From a bacterium (GTDB taxonomy: Bacteria > Spirochaetota > Spirochaetia > Treponematales > UBA12059): a DNA stretch of 64,000 nucleotides. Shown here one piece after another: positions 1-10,542 of the stretch. Under the pieces are notes generated by a model. The model had not been told where the DNA came from. It made no database searches and was given only the letters and a program-made list of their open reading frames with translations. Within the stretch, counting starts at the first letter, position 1. The number at the start of each line of letters is the position of its first letter. The position numbers and the translations under genes were made by a program. The stretch lies in NCBI GenBank assembly GCA_035530295.1, contig DATKVB010000003.1, positions 85,110-149,109 of the forward strand. The letters are read 5' to 3'.

Positions 1-19
1 GCAAGTCAGCAAGACGGAG

Positions 20-1972
20 ATGCAAATGAGCAAAAAAACCATTATTGCCATGCTCGAGAATGCGGCGATCACCTATGCCAATGACCCGTATGCGCTCAGG
101 AAAGGCGATTCGGGATGGGAAACCCTGACGTACGCACAGGCAAGGCTTCGGTCCAGGGAATTTGCGTCCTGGCTTCTGGGGCGCGGGTTCAAGAAGGGGC
201 AGACCGCGGCCCTGCTCGCTGAAGGTTCACCGGAGTGGATCATATGCGAACTCGGACTCCTGTCGGCGGGGCTTATTTCGGTGCCACTCTCGATAAAGTT
301 GCTGTCTGAAGAGATACCGTTCCGTGTTGAACATTCCGGTGCAAGCCTCTTCATCACGACGAAACACCAGATCGACAAGGTGCTTGCCGCGCTGGCCGGC
401 ATAGCGAGCAAGCCGCTTGTCGTCTTCATCGATGATGAATCGGCCATTCTGGACAAGGCTTGTCAGACCGCGGGCTATCCCAGGGACAAGGCCATCCTGC
501 TTGGCGAGGCGTTGGCGGAAGGCGTTGCCGCACAGAAGGCGCCCGGCTCGAAGCGCGCCGCTGAGATCGATGCTGTCGCCGCATCGATATCGGAAGATGA
601 CGTCGCGACCATCAGCTACACGAGCGGCACGACAGGTGATCCCAAGGGCATCATGCTGACGCACCTGAATTACTTCTCGAATTGCCATGATGGCGTCGAA
701 CTCTTCGGTGATATATACCATTACAGCACACTGATAATCCTGCCACTCGATCATTCGTTTGCCCACACGGTGGGCATATATGCCGGCCTTGTCTGTGGAC
801 TGGCTCTGTACTTCGTCGATGCGCGCGGTGGCGGGATGGGCATCCTCCGTAACATACCGATCAACCTGGTTGAGGTTCAGCCCAGGTTCCTGCTTACCGT
901 GCCGGCGCTCTCCGGCAACTTCATGAAGAAGATCATTGCCGGCATAGAAGAGAAGGGTGGGTTCATAGAGCGGCTCTTCAAGGCCGGCATCAAGGCAGGC
1001 ATTGAGCTGAACGGCAATGGCTTCAACAAGCCTGGCATTGTCACGACGCTTCGGTATGCCCCGGTCCACGCCTTGGCCAAGGCGTTGATATTCAACAAGG
1101 TCAAGACCATGGTCTTTGGCAAGAACATCAGGTTCTGTGTAGGTGGCGGAGCGCTACTCGACGTGAAGCAGCAGGAGTTCTTTGCGGCATTCGGCGTGCC
1201 GATATTCCAGGGTTACGGGTTGACCGAGGCCGCGCCCATCATCAGCTCAAACTCACCGCTTTCATACAAGTTCGGTACATCGGGGCGGGTAGCCCGGTCG
1301 GTAGAGTGCACCATACGCAAGGCGGACGGCTCGCTGTGCGCGGGCGGGGAAACCGGCGAGATCGTCATACGCGGCGAGAATGTGATGAAGGGATACTTCC
1401 GCAATCCGCAAGCCTCGGCCAAGTCACTGCGCGATGGATGGCTGTGGACCGGCGATCTGGCATACATCGACCAGGACGGCTTCCTCGTCGTTGTAGGCAG
1501 GGAGAAGGCGCTATTGATAGCCGAGGATGGCGAGAAGTACAGCCCGGAGGAGATAGAAGAGGCAATCGGTTGCTCAACCGATGTCTTCAGCGCCATCATG
1601 GCCTGGAACGAGCAACGCAAGTATACCGTTGCCTTGGTCACCCTCGATGATGAGCGCGTCAAGCGACTCGCCATCGATCGTGGAGCCACGACAGCGGACT
1701 CGGTGCTGGCCCTGCTCAACGAGGAGTTCTACAGATTCAAGACCGACCGGAAGGCCAAGAAGGTGCAGCCATCCTGGGTACCGGCGACATTCATGATCGT
1801 GCCCGGTCAATTCTCTGACAAGGATGGCACCATCAACAGCACTATCAAGCTGGTCAGGCACCGCGTCGCAACGCTGTACCACGACCTGATCGAGTATGCG
1901 TACACGACAGAAGGCAGCAAGCCCGTCAACGCGCGGAACCGAGAGACGATACAGAAGTTCCTGGGTCTTTGA
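20..1972 (+). CDS. long-chain acyl-CoA synthetase (ANL / AMP-binding superfamily)
   Basis: 650-aa ORF with the AMP-binding signature YTSGTTGDPKGIMLTH, plus GYGLTEA and TGDLAYIDQDGFLVVVGREK motifs. Start is ATG at 20 or 26. Confidence 0.85.
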   Translation: MQMSKKTIIAMLENAAITYANDPYALRKGDSGWETLTYAQARLRSREFASWLLGRGFKKGQTAALLAEGSPEWIICELGLLSAGLISVPLSIKLLSEEIPFRVEHSGASLFITTKHQIDKVLAALAGIASKPLVVFIDDESAILDKACQTAGYPRDKAILLGEALAEGVAAQKAPGSKRAAEIDAVAASISEDDVATISYTSGTTGDPKGIMLTHLNYFSNCHDGVELFGDIYHYSTLIILPLDHSFAHTVGIYAGLVCGLALYFVDARGGGMGILRNIPINLVEVQPRFLLTVPALSGNFMKKIIAGIEEKGGFIERLFKAGIKAGIELNGNGFNKPGIVTTLRYAPVHALAKALIFNKVKTMVFGKNIRFCVGGGALLDVKQQEFFAAFGVPIFQGYGLTEAAPIISSNSPLSYKFGTSGRVARSVECTIRKADGSLCAGGETGEIVIRGENVMKGYFRNPQASAKSLRDGWLWTGDLAYIDQDGFLVVVGREKALLIAEDGEKYSPEEIEEAIGCSTDVFSAIMAWNEQRKYTVALVTLDDERVKRLAIDRGATTADSVLALLNEEFYRFKTDRKAKKVQPSWVPATFMIVPGQFSDKDGTINSTIKLVRHRVATLYHDLIEYAYTTEGSKPVNARNRETIQKFLGL

Positions 1973-1985
1973 TCCGGTCGGCCGA

Positions 1986-3086
1986 TCAGCCTTGCTGCCT
2001 GGCGACCACGTTGATCATCAACGCCTGCGATCCATCTGGCTGCGACTGCTGCCACGTGGCTATCCAGGCGCCATCGGTTGCCAGCACGTCGATGTAGCGC
2101 AGGCAGCCTGTGCCCGCGGGGCTGATGAACTCGGGGAAGATGTCGGAGATGCGCACAAACTGCCGTGGGTCATTGTCCGCGTAGTATCCGAGTCCTCCCA
2201 GCTCCTCGCACGAATAGCCGCGCGGGCGCTTCTTGGCCATCGCATGTTCGTCCAGATTCCGCAGGCATTCACCTCCATCATAGAATACGAGCCCGGTGCC
2301 CGCAGGGGCCATGTCCGCCGGCAGCGGCAGGATGCAGGTGCCTCGGGTGATGGCGACATCCCATGCCGGGCCGCGCGGAAAGCAGTCGAAGACTGGGCTT
2401 CCTCGCGGCTGGCTACGGCTGTCCAGGGCTAAGAAGCCAGTTCCGCTCGACGACCAGTTGAATGAGTGGTGGCAGAAGAATAGCAACGCTGAGCCATCCT
2501 GGCGCTCGGCAATAAAGGGATCCTTTATCTGGAGCGTGGCAGGATCCGTGCTCGAGACGATCGTCTGTGGACTGGCGTCACAGAGGGCTTCGATGGTCGG
2601 GGCGATTAGCCGTTCTATTGACCAGATGCCTGTGCCCGGTTTCTCGTATGCGGCGACACGATAGGGATAGGGCAGTTTCTTCTCCGATGAGACATAGAGC
2701 TCGACGCCGGCAGCGGTGAACCGGATCGCCGATCCCTCGATGGATAGTGCTTCCATGCCAGCGGGAGCCACCGCCTTCTTGTCGAATGCCAATACCTTGG
2801 TCCACGTGGCTGCTCCATCGTCGGAAGCGAATACGGCCAGCTCCTTGCCGCGATCACCCAGGTCCAAGCCGGTTCTTGAATCGCCTGAGTTGCGGTACCT
2901 TCCGGTCAGGTAGAGGCACTCGTCGCAAGCGACGCCGTCAGAACCGACGGCCATGTTCCCTCCGCCGAACCAATATCCCTTCTCGGCACGCTCGGGTGCT
3001 ATGGCTATATGGGCATGTGCCGGATCTACAAGCGTGTGGGCAAAGGCGCGGATCCGGGCCGCTGTCGAGTCGTCCAGAGTCTTCAT
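1986..3086 (-). CDS. hypothetical protein, possible BNR/Asp-box beta-propeller fold
   Basis: 366-aa ORF that exactly fills the gap between neighbours, with GC3-rich codon usage. One Asp-box-like motif (ASDDGAATWTKV). No family recognised with certainty. Confidence 0.5.
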   Translation of the reverse strand: MKTLDDSTAARIRAFAHTLVDPAHAHIAIAPERAEKGYWFGGGNMAVGSDGVACDECLYLTGRYRNSGDSRTGLDLGDRGKELAVFASDDGAATWTKVLAFDKKAVAPAGMEALSIEGSAIRFTAAGVELYVSSEKKLPYPYRVAAYEKPGTGIWSIERLIAPTIEALCDASPQTIVSSTDPATLQIKDPFIAERQDGSALLFFCHHSFNWSSSGTGFLALDSRSQPRGSPVFDCFPRGPAWDVAITRGTCILPLPADMAPAGTGLVFYDGGECLRNLDEHAMAKKRPRGYSCEELGGLGYYADNDPRQFVRISDIFPEFISPAGTGCLRYIDVLATDGAWIATWQQSQPDGSQALMINVVARQQG

Positions 3087-3117
3087 GGAATCTCCTTAGG
3101 TTATGCGGCTGATACGG

Positions 3118-3471
3118 TCAGAGCGATGGCATATCGGTCTGATCCTTGGGCTGGCTTGCCGAGGTATCATCGCGTTTCGAGTCTGGCGCAGATTCTTCCA
3201 TCTTCTTGTTCAGCCTGGTCTTCTCTTTCTCGAGTCTGGAGAACTTGCGCTTGAGGCCCGAGAACTGGAGTGATCGTTTGAACGCCGATGGTGCCATGAT
3301 AAGCACGCCAAGCAGTATGCCGATGGATAGCGTCAGAATCAGGACCAGCGAGAGCGATCCTGATGCTGACATTGAGAAGAACGAAATGACAATCTGGATG
3401 CTGTTCTGTAGCGCAAAGATCATTGCCAGGATTGCCACCGCCAGCACGATCAACAGATAGATGATACGCAT
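3118..3471 (-). CDS. small membrane protein with LapA-like (DUF1049) domain
   Basis: 117 aa. Two N-terminal TM helices (MRIIYLLIVLAVAILAMIF..., LSLVLILTLSIGILLGVLIM) followed by a charged coiled tail (KRKFSRLEKEKTRLNKKMEE), the typical LapA_dom layout. Confidence 0.6.
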   Translation of the reverse strand: MRIIYLLIVLAVAILAMIFALQNSIQIVISFFSMSASGSLSLVLILTLSIGILLGVLIMAPSAFKRSLQFSGLKRKFSRLEKEKTRLNKKMEESAPDSKRDDTSASQPKDQTDMPSL

Positions 3472-3502
3472 GATTCCCTACCTTCTCCGCTTCTGAAGCG
3501 GC

Positions 3503-4804
3503 CTATGAGTTCTGACCGGACAGCGCCTCGGCTTGCAGACCGAAGACCTTGAGCGTCCTGGTCTTGCCCTTGAGCCGAACCGAGCCCAGAGGCTTGAACA
3601 TGGCCTGATTCCGGGCACCCAGTTTTATGAATGTCTCGTTGGATATGACACAGGGCGTGCTCAATATTTTACACGCCGATTCAAGCCGCGAGGCGACATT
3701 GACGGTATCGCCGATGACGGTAAAATTCTTGCGCTCGTCGCTGCCAATGTCTCCCACGACCACTCTGCCAAAGTGAATGCCTACGCCGAATTCGGTGAGC
3801 GCCGGCAATCCGAGACCGGCGAGATTCTTCTGCAGTGCCGGCAGGGCGGCGCGCATGTCGGCCAGGCAGGCGACCGCGTCATCACACGGCGAACCGTCGT
3901 TGCGCAGTCCAAAGACAGCCATCACAGCGTCGCCGATGAATTTGTCGACGATTCCGCCGTGCAGCCTGATAGTACGCGCCCAGAGGCTGAAGTATTCGTT
4001 GAGCATGCCTGTGATCATCTGGGGGTCATGATTCTCGCTGATGCTGGTAAAATTTCTGATATCGGCGAACAGTATGCACAGCTCGGCGTTCTGCGATGCA
4101 GCCTCATCTCCGGCAACGATGCGGTCCCTGATGTCATCATCCACATACTGGCCAAAAAGCGTGTTGATCCGCTCCTTGAGTCGCAGAATATCAACCCTGC
4201 CAACTCCGAGGGACAAGGCAAGCAGCGCGCCTCCAGCCAGGATATAGATGTGCGTGGGGTCAGACAGGAATACCGGGAGCCAGGCGCCGATTGAACCAAT
4301 AGTCAGCTCGGCCTGGGGTGTCGGCAGGTTCTTGACTCCAGCACGAATCATGTCCTCGAGTGTCCTGACGGTATCGAAATAGAAATAGAGCAACAGGAAA
4401 CTGCCTACATTCGTGACCGTCAGCACGAATTCGAGGGCAAGCTTCGTCCGCTTGCTCTTGGTCACCAATATCAATGCCTGTATGCCGCCGGTTACTATGC
4501 TGAAGATCCAGAACCAGATGTGCGCCGCGTTGAGTACGAAATACCAGCCTTCGCGAATCTCGAGCGTGGAGTATATAAGTGGAGCAAGGAGTGACCCCAG
4601 AAATCTGACAACAGGATGATGCCCGAAGCGCACCAGTACCAGCGTCTGCACCAACAGAAAACCCAGCAGCGCGACGTGACCGGTGTTCGAGAAGAATGCC
4701 ATGCCATTCTGGCTTAGATTCATCAGAATATAGAAGAGTGCGAACTGGCCGGAAACCAGCAGCAATTCGCGTATCATCCTCTGGAAAGTCGAACCTCTCT
4801 CCAT
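3503..4804 (-). CDS. membrane-anchored class III adenylate/guanylate cyclase
   Basis: 433 aa. About 200 aa of polytopic N-terminus, then cyclase homology domain motifs: ILFADIRNFTSISE, KFIGDAVMAVFG, GDTVNVASRLE. Confidence 0.85.
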   Translation of the reverse strand: MERGSTFQRMIRELLLVSGQFALFYILMNLSQNGMAFFSNTGHVALLGFLLVQTLVLVRFGHHPVVRFLGSLLAPLIYSTLEIREGWYFVLNAAHIWFWIFSIVTGGIQALILVTKSKRTKLALEFVLTVTNVGSFLLLYFYFDTVRTLEDMIRAGVKNLPTPQAELTIGSIGAWLPVFLSDPTHIYILAGGALLALSLGVGRVDILRLKERINTLFGQYVDDDIRDRIVAGDEAASQNAELCILFADIRNFTSISENHDPQMITGMLNEYFSLWARTIRLHGGIVDKFIGDAVMAVFGLRNDGSPCDDAVACLADMRAALPALQKNLAGLGLPALTEFGVGIHFGRVVVGDIGSDERKNFTVIGDTVNVASRLESACKILSTPCVISNETFIKLGARNQAMFKPLGSVRLKGKTRTLKVFGLQAEALSGQNS

Positions 4805-4868
4805 CGTGCGCTCCTTACAATAAATAATTGTTCAGCAGTATACCACACCGGAATGCCAAACCTTGAAG

Positions 4869-7703
4869 ATGGATAAGCGATACGGTACACTTTATTCAAT
4901 GATAGCCGGAAAAATATTGCTGGTCGAGGATGAAGCGATAATCGCCTTGGCACAGGCCCAGGTGCTCAAGAAGCATGACTTTGAAGTGGTTCGTGCCCAG
5001 AATGGTGAGGAAGCCGTGTCGATGGCCGACACCGAGGCTGGCATATCAGTAGTATTGATGGACATCGATCTAGGCGGCGGTATCGATGGCACCGAGGCAG
5101 CACAGCGTATCCTGGCAAGTCATGATATTCCCATAATCTTCGTTACAAGTCACGCTGAAAAGTCATTCGTCGACAGGGTCAAGAAGATAACGAGCTATGG
5201 CTATGTCCTCAAGAATTCGGGCGAGTTTGTGCTCATAGAGGCCATCACGATGGCCACCACTCTGTTCAAGGCGCACACAGATTTGCTCTATCACCAGCGC
5301 GAACTGGAGATGACCATCGGTGAGCTTCGTCTGGCAAATGATCATCTTCTAGAATACGAAGAAGATCTGCAGAAGCGCGAGCGCAATTTGACGCGAAGCA
5401 ACCGGGCATTGCGGACGATTGGCGCATGCAACCAGGTGCTGGTCAAGGCGGAGAACGAGAAGCGCCTTATCGAGGATCTATGCCAGGCCATAGTGACGGA
5501 GGCGCGATTTTCCATGGCCTGGGTCGGCTATGTCGAGGGAACGATCTCCAGAATGGTGCCACCTATCGCTTATGCTGGATCTGAAGACGGGTACCTGCAG
5601 AACCTGCTCATAAAGGTCGACGAGGGACCAACCGCCTTGGGGCCAACTGCTTTGGCCGTCAAGACTGGCACCTCGGTTGTACGCAACAGGCTTTCAGAGG
5701 AAGCGGCCGGCTTGCCCTGGCGCGATGACGCGGTGCGGCGGGGCTTCCGGGCGATGGCCGCGCTGCCCCTGAAGGATGGCACAAAGGTCTTCGGTGTCAT
5801 GAGCATTTATTCGCCAGAGGAATTCAGCTTCGGCGATGAGGAAGAGAGCCTCCTCAGGGAACTGGCCGACGACCTGTCCTATGGGATACTGAACCTGCGG
5901 GCGCGTGCGGAATCCGATAAGCAGCGTGACCAGAATGAGACCAACCTGGAGAAATTGCGCATAACGCTCAACTCGATTGGCGACGCCGTGATAGCGACCG
6001 ACGTACATGGTCGAGTCGAGGCAATGAATCCAATGGCAGAGCACCTGACCGGCTGGAATGGCGAATCAGCCCACGGCGAACCACTGGAAAAGGTATTCAA
6101 CATCATCAACGCTCAATCCCGGGCCATTGTCAGCAATCCGGTTGGCAAGGTGCTGCAATCAGGAGATATCGTCGGACTTGCCAACCATACGGTGCTGATA
6201 TCGAAAGACGGACAGGAATTCCAGATTGCCGACAGCGCTGCCCCGATACGCGATGCCGGTGGCGCGATCAGGGGTGTCGTCCTGGTCTTCCGGGATGTGA
6301 CTGCGCAATATGAGCAGGATAGGCTCCTCAAAGAGAGCGAGGAGAAGTACCGCGAGCTGATAGAAAAGTCACCTGTTGGCATATTCCAGACCAATTCAAA
6401 AGGCGAGGCTCTGCATGTCAATCCGAAGATGGCTGAAATAGTCGGCGCAGAAAGCCCCGAACGGGCGATCGCGGAGTTCCACGATCTGGCCAGGGACCTG
6501 TATGTTGATCCAAATCGCCGCGCCGAGTTCCTGGAATTGCTTCGGAAGAACGGCAGGGTTGAGGACTTTGAATACGAAGGCATTACCCGCAAAGGTGAGC
6601 GGCGCTGGATCATCATGAACGCCATCATCAGCAAGGTTCAGCCTGATGGCACCTTCGTTATCGATGGCTTCGCTGATGATGTTACAGCCCGAAAAAGCGC
6701 ACAGTACACGGTAGCGGAACAGCGCCAGCAGGCACGATTGCTGTTCGACAAGGCACCGCTCGGGATGCTCCTCGTAGGCACGCACCATATGATACTGGAT
6801 GCCAATCCGGCAGCGGTCCAGCTCTTGGGCTTCTCCAGGGATGAATTGGTCGGCATGCATGCAAGCGACATAATCGACGCCTCTGTTGAACGATTCGTCA
6901 CACCGGATCAGACCCTGGTGCTGATGGAAGGCGGCCAATCGGTGACCATGGAGCGCCGGTACAGGACTCGCGATGGCTCCTTCATAGATGCGATGGTCAG
7001 CATGGGCAAGATACCCGGCTTCCTGGCCAAGGATGTATCCCATGTCGTAATGTTCGAGGACATGACGAACCAGAAGCGCATAGAGAGCGACCTCAGGAAG
7101 ACCTTGCAGGAGAAGGAATTCCTGATGAAGGAGATATACCATCGCACCAAGAACAACCTGATGATGGTCTCATCGCTCATTTCGCTCAAGGCTATGGCTC
7201 TCGGTGATGATGTTGATCTATCCGATCTAAAGAGTCAGATAGACGCGATAGAAGGCATCTACGAGAAATTGTCGCAATCGGAACACGTAGCGTATATCGA
7301 CTTTGGCGATTATGTAGCCGATATCCTCGCATCGGCATTTGCCACGCGAAGGGTCAAGGTCATCAGCGATGTCAGCATGCCAGAGATGCCCATGCGCATA
7401 GCGATGCTGCTAGGCCTCATCGTCAACGAGCTTGCCACCAATGCCATGAAGCACGGATTCTCCGATGAGGCTGACGCCCGCTTTACCATACGGATGCAGC
7501 CGCTGCCTTCTGAGTCTCGGTACGAGCTTGTACTGGCCAACACCGGGCGGCCATTCCCCGAGTCGACCAGTCTTGACAATCCTGACACGTTGGGGCTTCG
7601 GCTGGTTACTTCACTTGTCGACCAGCTCAAGGGCACGATTAAGCTTACCAGGACTCCTTCTGCGGAGTTCACGATAAGCTTCCCTGTTTCGGAAGCGCGA
7701 TAG
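4869..7703 (+). CDS. hybrid sensor: N-terminal receiver, GAF, multiple PAS, HWE/HisKA_2-type histidine kinase
   Basis: REC (KILLVEDEAIIA ... VLMDIDLGGGIDG). GAF-like region around residues 200-340. Three PAS-like blocks. H-box EIYHRTKNNLMMVSSLISL, typical of HisKA_2/HWE kinases. ATPase N-box NELATNAMKHGF. The ORF track starts at TTG 4863; ATG 4869 is preferred. Confidence 0.85.
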   Translation: MDKRYGTLYSMIAGKILLVEDEAIIALAQAQVLKKHDFEVVRAQNGEEAVSMADTEAGISVVLMDIDLGGGIDGTEAAQRILASHDIPIIFVTSHAEKSFVDRVKKITSYGYVLKNSGEFVLIEAITMATTLFKAHTDLLYHQRELEMTIGELRLANDHLLEYEEDLQKRERNLTRSNRALRTIGACNQVLVKAENEKRLIEDLCQAIVTEARFSMAWVGYVEGTISRMVPPIAYAGSEDGYLQNLLIKVDEGPTALGPTALAVKTGTSVVRNRLSEEAAGLPWRDDAVRRGFRAMAALPLKDGTKVFGVMSIYSPEEFSFGDEEESLLRELADDLSYGILNLRARAESDKQRDQNETNLEKLRITLNSIGDAVIATDVHGRVEAMNPMAEHLTGWNGESAHGEPLEKVFNIINAQSRAIVSNPVGKVLQSGDIVGLANHTVLISKDGQEFQIADSAAPIRDAGGAIRGVVLVFRDVTAQYEQDRLLKESEEKYRELIEKSPVGIFQTNSKGEALHVNPKMAEIVGAESPERAIAEFHDLARDLYVDPNRRAEFLELLRKNGRVEDFEYEGITRKGERRWIIMNAIISKVQPDGTFVIDGFADDVTARKSAQYTVAEQRQQARLLFDKAPLGMLLVGTHHMILDANPAAVQLLGFSRDELVGMHASDIIDASVERFVTPDQTLVLMEGGQSVTMERRYRTRDGSFIDAMVSMGKIPGFLAKDVSHVVMFEDMTNQKRIESDLRKTLQEKEFLMKEIYHRTKNNLMMVSSLISLKAMALGDDVDLSDLKSQIDAIEGIYEKLSQSEHVAYIDFGDYVADILASAFATRRVKVISDVSMPEMPMRIAMLLGLIVNELATNAMKHGFSDEADARFTIRMQPLPSESRYELVLANTGRPFPESTSLDNPDTLGLRLVTSLVDQLKGTIKLTRTPSAEFTISFPVSEAR

Positions 7704-7721
7704 GAATGGGACAGTATTTGG

Positions 7722-9323
7722 CTAGGCTGTCTCTGCCATCGATTCGGATGTAGTGTGGAACGTGATCTCCGGATTCTTCTGGATGATCCTGTCCATTTGC
7801 CACTCTGACTCAAACATCAGGATGTGACCACCCCGGATATCGATCAGAATACGGCGATGGTGTTCATCGATAAACGTCTTGAGGGCCTTGGCATTGCCTG
7901 AGGTAATCCACCGCGCTATGGAATAGTCGACCGGGTCGTACGCGCATGAAGCGCCGTATTCGTATTCCAGCCGCGATTGCAGCACCTCGATCTGCAACTG
8001 ACCTACTACGCCAAGCACGCGGGTGTTCGGATTGGTCATTTTGGACAGTATCTGTACGACACCTTCTTCGGCCAATTGATTGAGACCCTTGTGGAATTGC
8101 TTTTCCTTGAGCGGATCGGTGTTGCGTATAATCTTGAATATCTGGGGCGCAAAACTGGGTATGCCCTTGTAGTTGAGTATCTCGCCTTCGGTAATCGTAT
8201 CGCCTATGGCAAATGTGCCGGTATCGTGGATGCCTATGATGTCACCGGCAAAAGCCTCGTCTATGATCTCGCGATTCTGTGCCATGAAGGCGGTAGGGTT
8301 GGCGCTGCGGAAGCTTTTGCCGGTGCGTATGTGCATGTACATCTTGTTGCGCTCGAACCGACCGGAACATATTCTCATGAAGGCTATCCTGTCCCGATGG
8401 TTGGGGTTCAGGTTGGCGTGGATCTTGAAGACGAATCCTGTCAGCTTCTCCTCGTACGGTGATACTTCGCGCTCTATCGCCGGCTTGGGCGTAGGCGCAG
8501 GTGCGAATGACACCAGGCTATCGAGCAGCTCTCGCACACCGAAGTTGTTGATGGCGGAACCGAAAAACACCGGCGTCGCCGAACCGTCGAGGTACTCGGC
8601 GACATCGAACGGCGGGTAAATGCCGTTGATCAGGGCAACATCTTCCCGGAGTCTTGCGGCCAGGCTTGGCCCGACCAGACGGTCAAGCTCTGGATCAGCC
8701 AGATCATCGATACGCACAGAATTGGAGGGCAGCTGATTCTCGCCGGCGTTGAACAGGTACAGGCGTTTGTCTACAAGATTGTATACACCGCGGAATGACC
8801 TGCCTTGTCCGAGCGGCCAGGTCATCGGTCTGACATGGATGGCGAGTTCCTTCTCCACCTCATCGATCAGGCTCGTCGGATCCTTGCCCTCACGGTCCAT
8901 CTTGTTGATGAAGGTGGCAATAGGCGTATCGCGCATCCTGGAGACTTCGCAGAGCCTGCGGGTTCTTTCCTCCACGCCTTTGACCGAGTCGATGACGATG
9001 AGCGCGCTGTCCACCGCGGATAGACCGCGGTAGGTATCTTCCGAAAAGTCGGCGTGTCCGGGAGTGTCGAGGAGATTTATGTAGCGGCCGCCATAGTGGA
9101 AACCCATTACCGATGTGCTGATCGATATGCCGCGTTCCTTCTCCATTTGCATGAAGTCGGATGTGGTTTGCCTCGAAGTCTTGCCGCTCTTGACCGCGCC
9201 GGCTATGTGTATGGCTCCGCCAAACAGGAGTAGTTTCTCCGTAATTGTCGTCTTGCCGGCATCGGGGTGGGAAATTATGGCAAACGTAAGCCGCTTGCCA
9301 ATCTCTGTCTGCAGTTGATCCAT
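7722..9323 (-). CDS. prfC: peptide chain release factor 3 (GTPase)
   Basis: G1 motif LTFAIISHPDAGKTTITEKLL, plus DTPGHADF and NKMDR. The ORF-track N-terminal 70 aa is rejected. ATG at 9323 (MDQLQTEIGKR...) matches the canonical RF3 N-terminus. Confidence 0.9.
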   Translation of the reverse strand: MDQLQTEIGKRLTFAIISHPDAGKTTITEKLLLFGGAIHIAGAVKSGKTSRQTTSDFMQMEKERGISISTSVMGFHYGGRYINLLDTPGHADFSEDTYRGLSAVDSALIVIDSVKGVEERTRRLCEVSRMRDTPIATFINKMDREGKDPTSLIDEVEKELAIHVRPMTWPLGQGRSFRGVYNLVDKRLYLFNAGENQLPSNSVRIDDLADPELDRLVGPSLAARLREDVALINGIYPPFDVAEYLDGSATPVFFGSAINNFGVRELLDSLVSFAPAPTPKPAIEREVSPYEEKLTGFVFKIHANLNPNHRDRIAFMRICSGRFERNKMYMHIRTGKSFRSANPTAFMAQNREIIDEAFAGDIIGIHDTGTFAIGDTITEGEILNYKGIPSFAPQIFKIIRNTDPLKEKQFHKGLNQLAEEGVVQILSKMTNPNTRVLGVVGQLQIEVLQSRLEYEYGASCAYDPVDYSIARWITSGNAKALKTFIDEHHRRILIDIRGGHILMFESEWQMDRIIQKNPEITFHTTSESMAETA

Positions 9324-9423
9324 TGGATTGTCAAAATACCGGCCGGCATCCCCAGTGTCAAGTTGATCATTGACCAATGATGTATCCCGTCGTACGCTTC
9401 TAGACAATCCTGAGGTAGCAACG

Positions 9424-10542
9424 ATGAACGAACGATCGACTTGGGCCGAGGTTGATATCGAGGCCATTGAACGAAACATAGCCGGGGTCAAGGCCCGGCT
9501 TGGCGCCAATGTCGGGATATGTGCTGTGGTCAAGGCCGATGGCTATGGTCATGGCGCCGGCGCTGTCGCACGGGTGGCGCTTGAGTCAGGCGCGAGCATG
9601 CTGGCGGTCGCCATAGTCAACGAGGCACTGGAACTGCGCCGGGAAGGTTTTGTCTGCCCGATTCTGGTGATGGGTCCGGCAGAGCCACAGGACTCCGCGC
9701 GGATGGTCGAGGCGGGTCTCGATGCAACGGTCTATGATTTGAGCGCCGCCAGGGCTCTGTCAGTGTCGGCCAGTGAGCGCGGTCTCCTGGCCCGCATACA
9801 TCTCAAGGTCGATACCGGCATGCACCGCGTTGGTTGCGAGCCGGCCCGAGCCGCAGAGCTAGCGGCCGCCATCAGCCGGTTGCCATTGGTGCGGCTGGCC
9901 GGCGTCTTCTCGCACTTCGCCACCGCTGATTCGGAGGATACCGAATTTGCCCAGGAGCAATTGGTACGGTTCAGGACTGTGCTGTCGGAACTGGAGGCTC
10001 TTGGGATTGACCCGGGGATACGGCACATGGCCAACAGCGCGGCCGCCCTGATGATGCCGGAATCGCACTTCGATATGGTTCGACTCGGCATAGCGATGTA
10101 TGGCCTTGTGCCTTCTGTCGCACGATCATGGAATATTCCGCTGGAGCCGGCGATGTCACTCTGGACACGTGTGTCGATGGTCAAGGATATTGCTGAAGGC
10201 GAGACAGTCAGCTACGGGCGCCGCTTCCAGGCGATGCGTCCGACACGCATCGCGACGCTGCCGCTGGGCTACGCCGACGGCTGGCCTCGAGCGCTGTCGG
10301 GGCGGATATCGCTACCTGTCAATGGCCATCGCGCACCGCTTGTCGGAGCCGTCTGCATGGATCAATGCATGATTGACGTGACCGACGCGCCTGGATTAAA
10401 AACCGGGGACGAGATTCCGCTGTTCGGTGACACCGGGTTGAGTATCGATGGTATTGCTGGAGCGCTCGGCACCATCAACTACGAAGTCGTGTGCATGATA
10501 GGCAAGCGAGTTCCGCGCGTCTATCGACGAGGCGATAGGTAG
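9424..10542 (+). CDS. alr: alanine racemase
   Basis: PLP-lysine motif AVVKADGYGHG, and the canonical N-terminus MNERSTWAEVDIEAIERN at ATG 9424. C-terminal YEVVCMIGKRVPRVY. The 3' end overlaps the convergent gene by 22 nt. Confidence 0.9.
   Translation: MNERSTWAEVDIEAIERNIAGVKARLGANVGICAVVKADGYGHGAGAVARVALESGASMLAVAIVNEALELRREGFVCPILVMGPAEPQDSARMVEAGLDATVYDLSAARALSVSASERGLLARIHLKVDTGMHRVGCEPARAAELAAAISRLPLVRLAGVFSHFATADSEDTEFAQEQLVRFRTVLSELEALGIDPGIRHMANSAAALMMPESHFDMVRLGIAMYGLVPSVARSWNIPLEPAMSLWTRVSMVKDIAEGETVSYGRRFQAMRPTRIATLPLGYADGWPRALSGRISLPVNGHRAPLVGAVCMDQCMIDVTDAPGLKTGDEIPLFGDTGLSIDGIAGALGTINYEVVCMIGKRVPRVYRRGDR

Noticed and set aside
227-1069. 280-aa minus-strand ORF (and several others) inside the acyl-CoA synthetase gene
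   Set aside because: It is antisense to a gene with clear family motifs. The sequence is Arg/Ala/Gly-rich, typical of shadow frames in GC-rich DNA, and no motif is recognisable.
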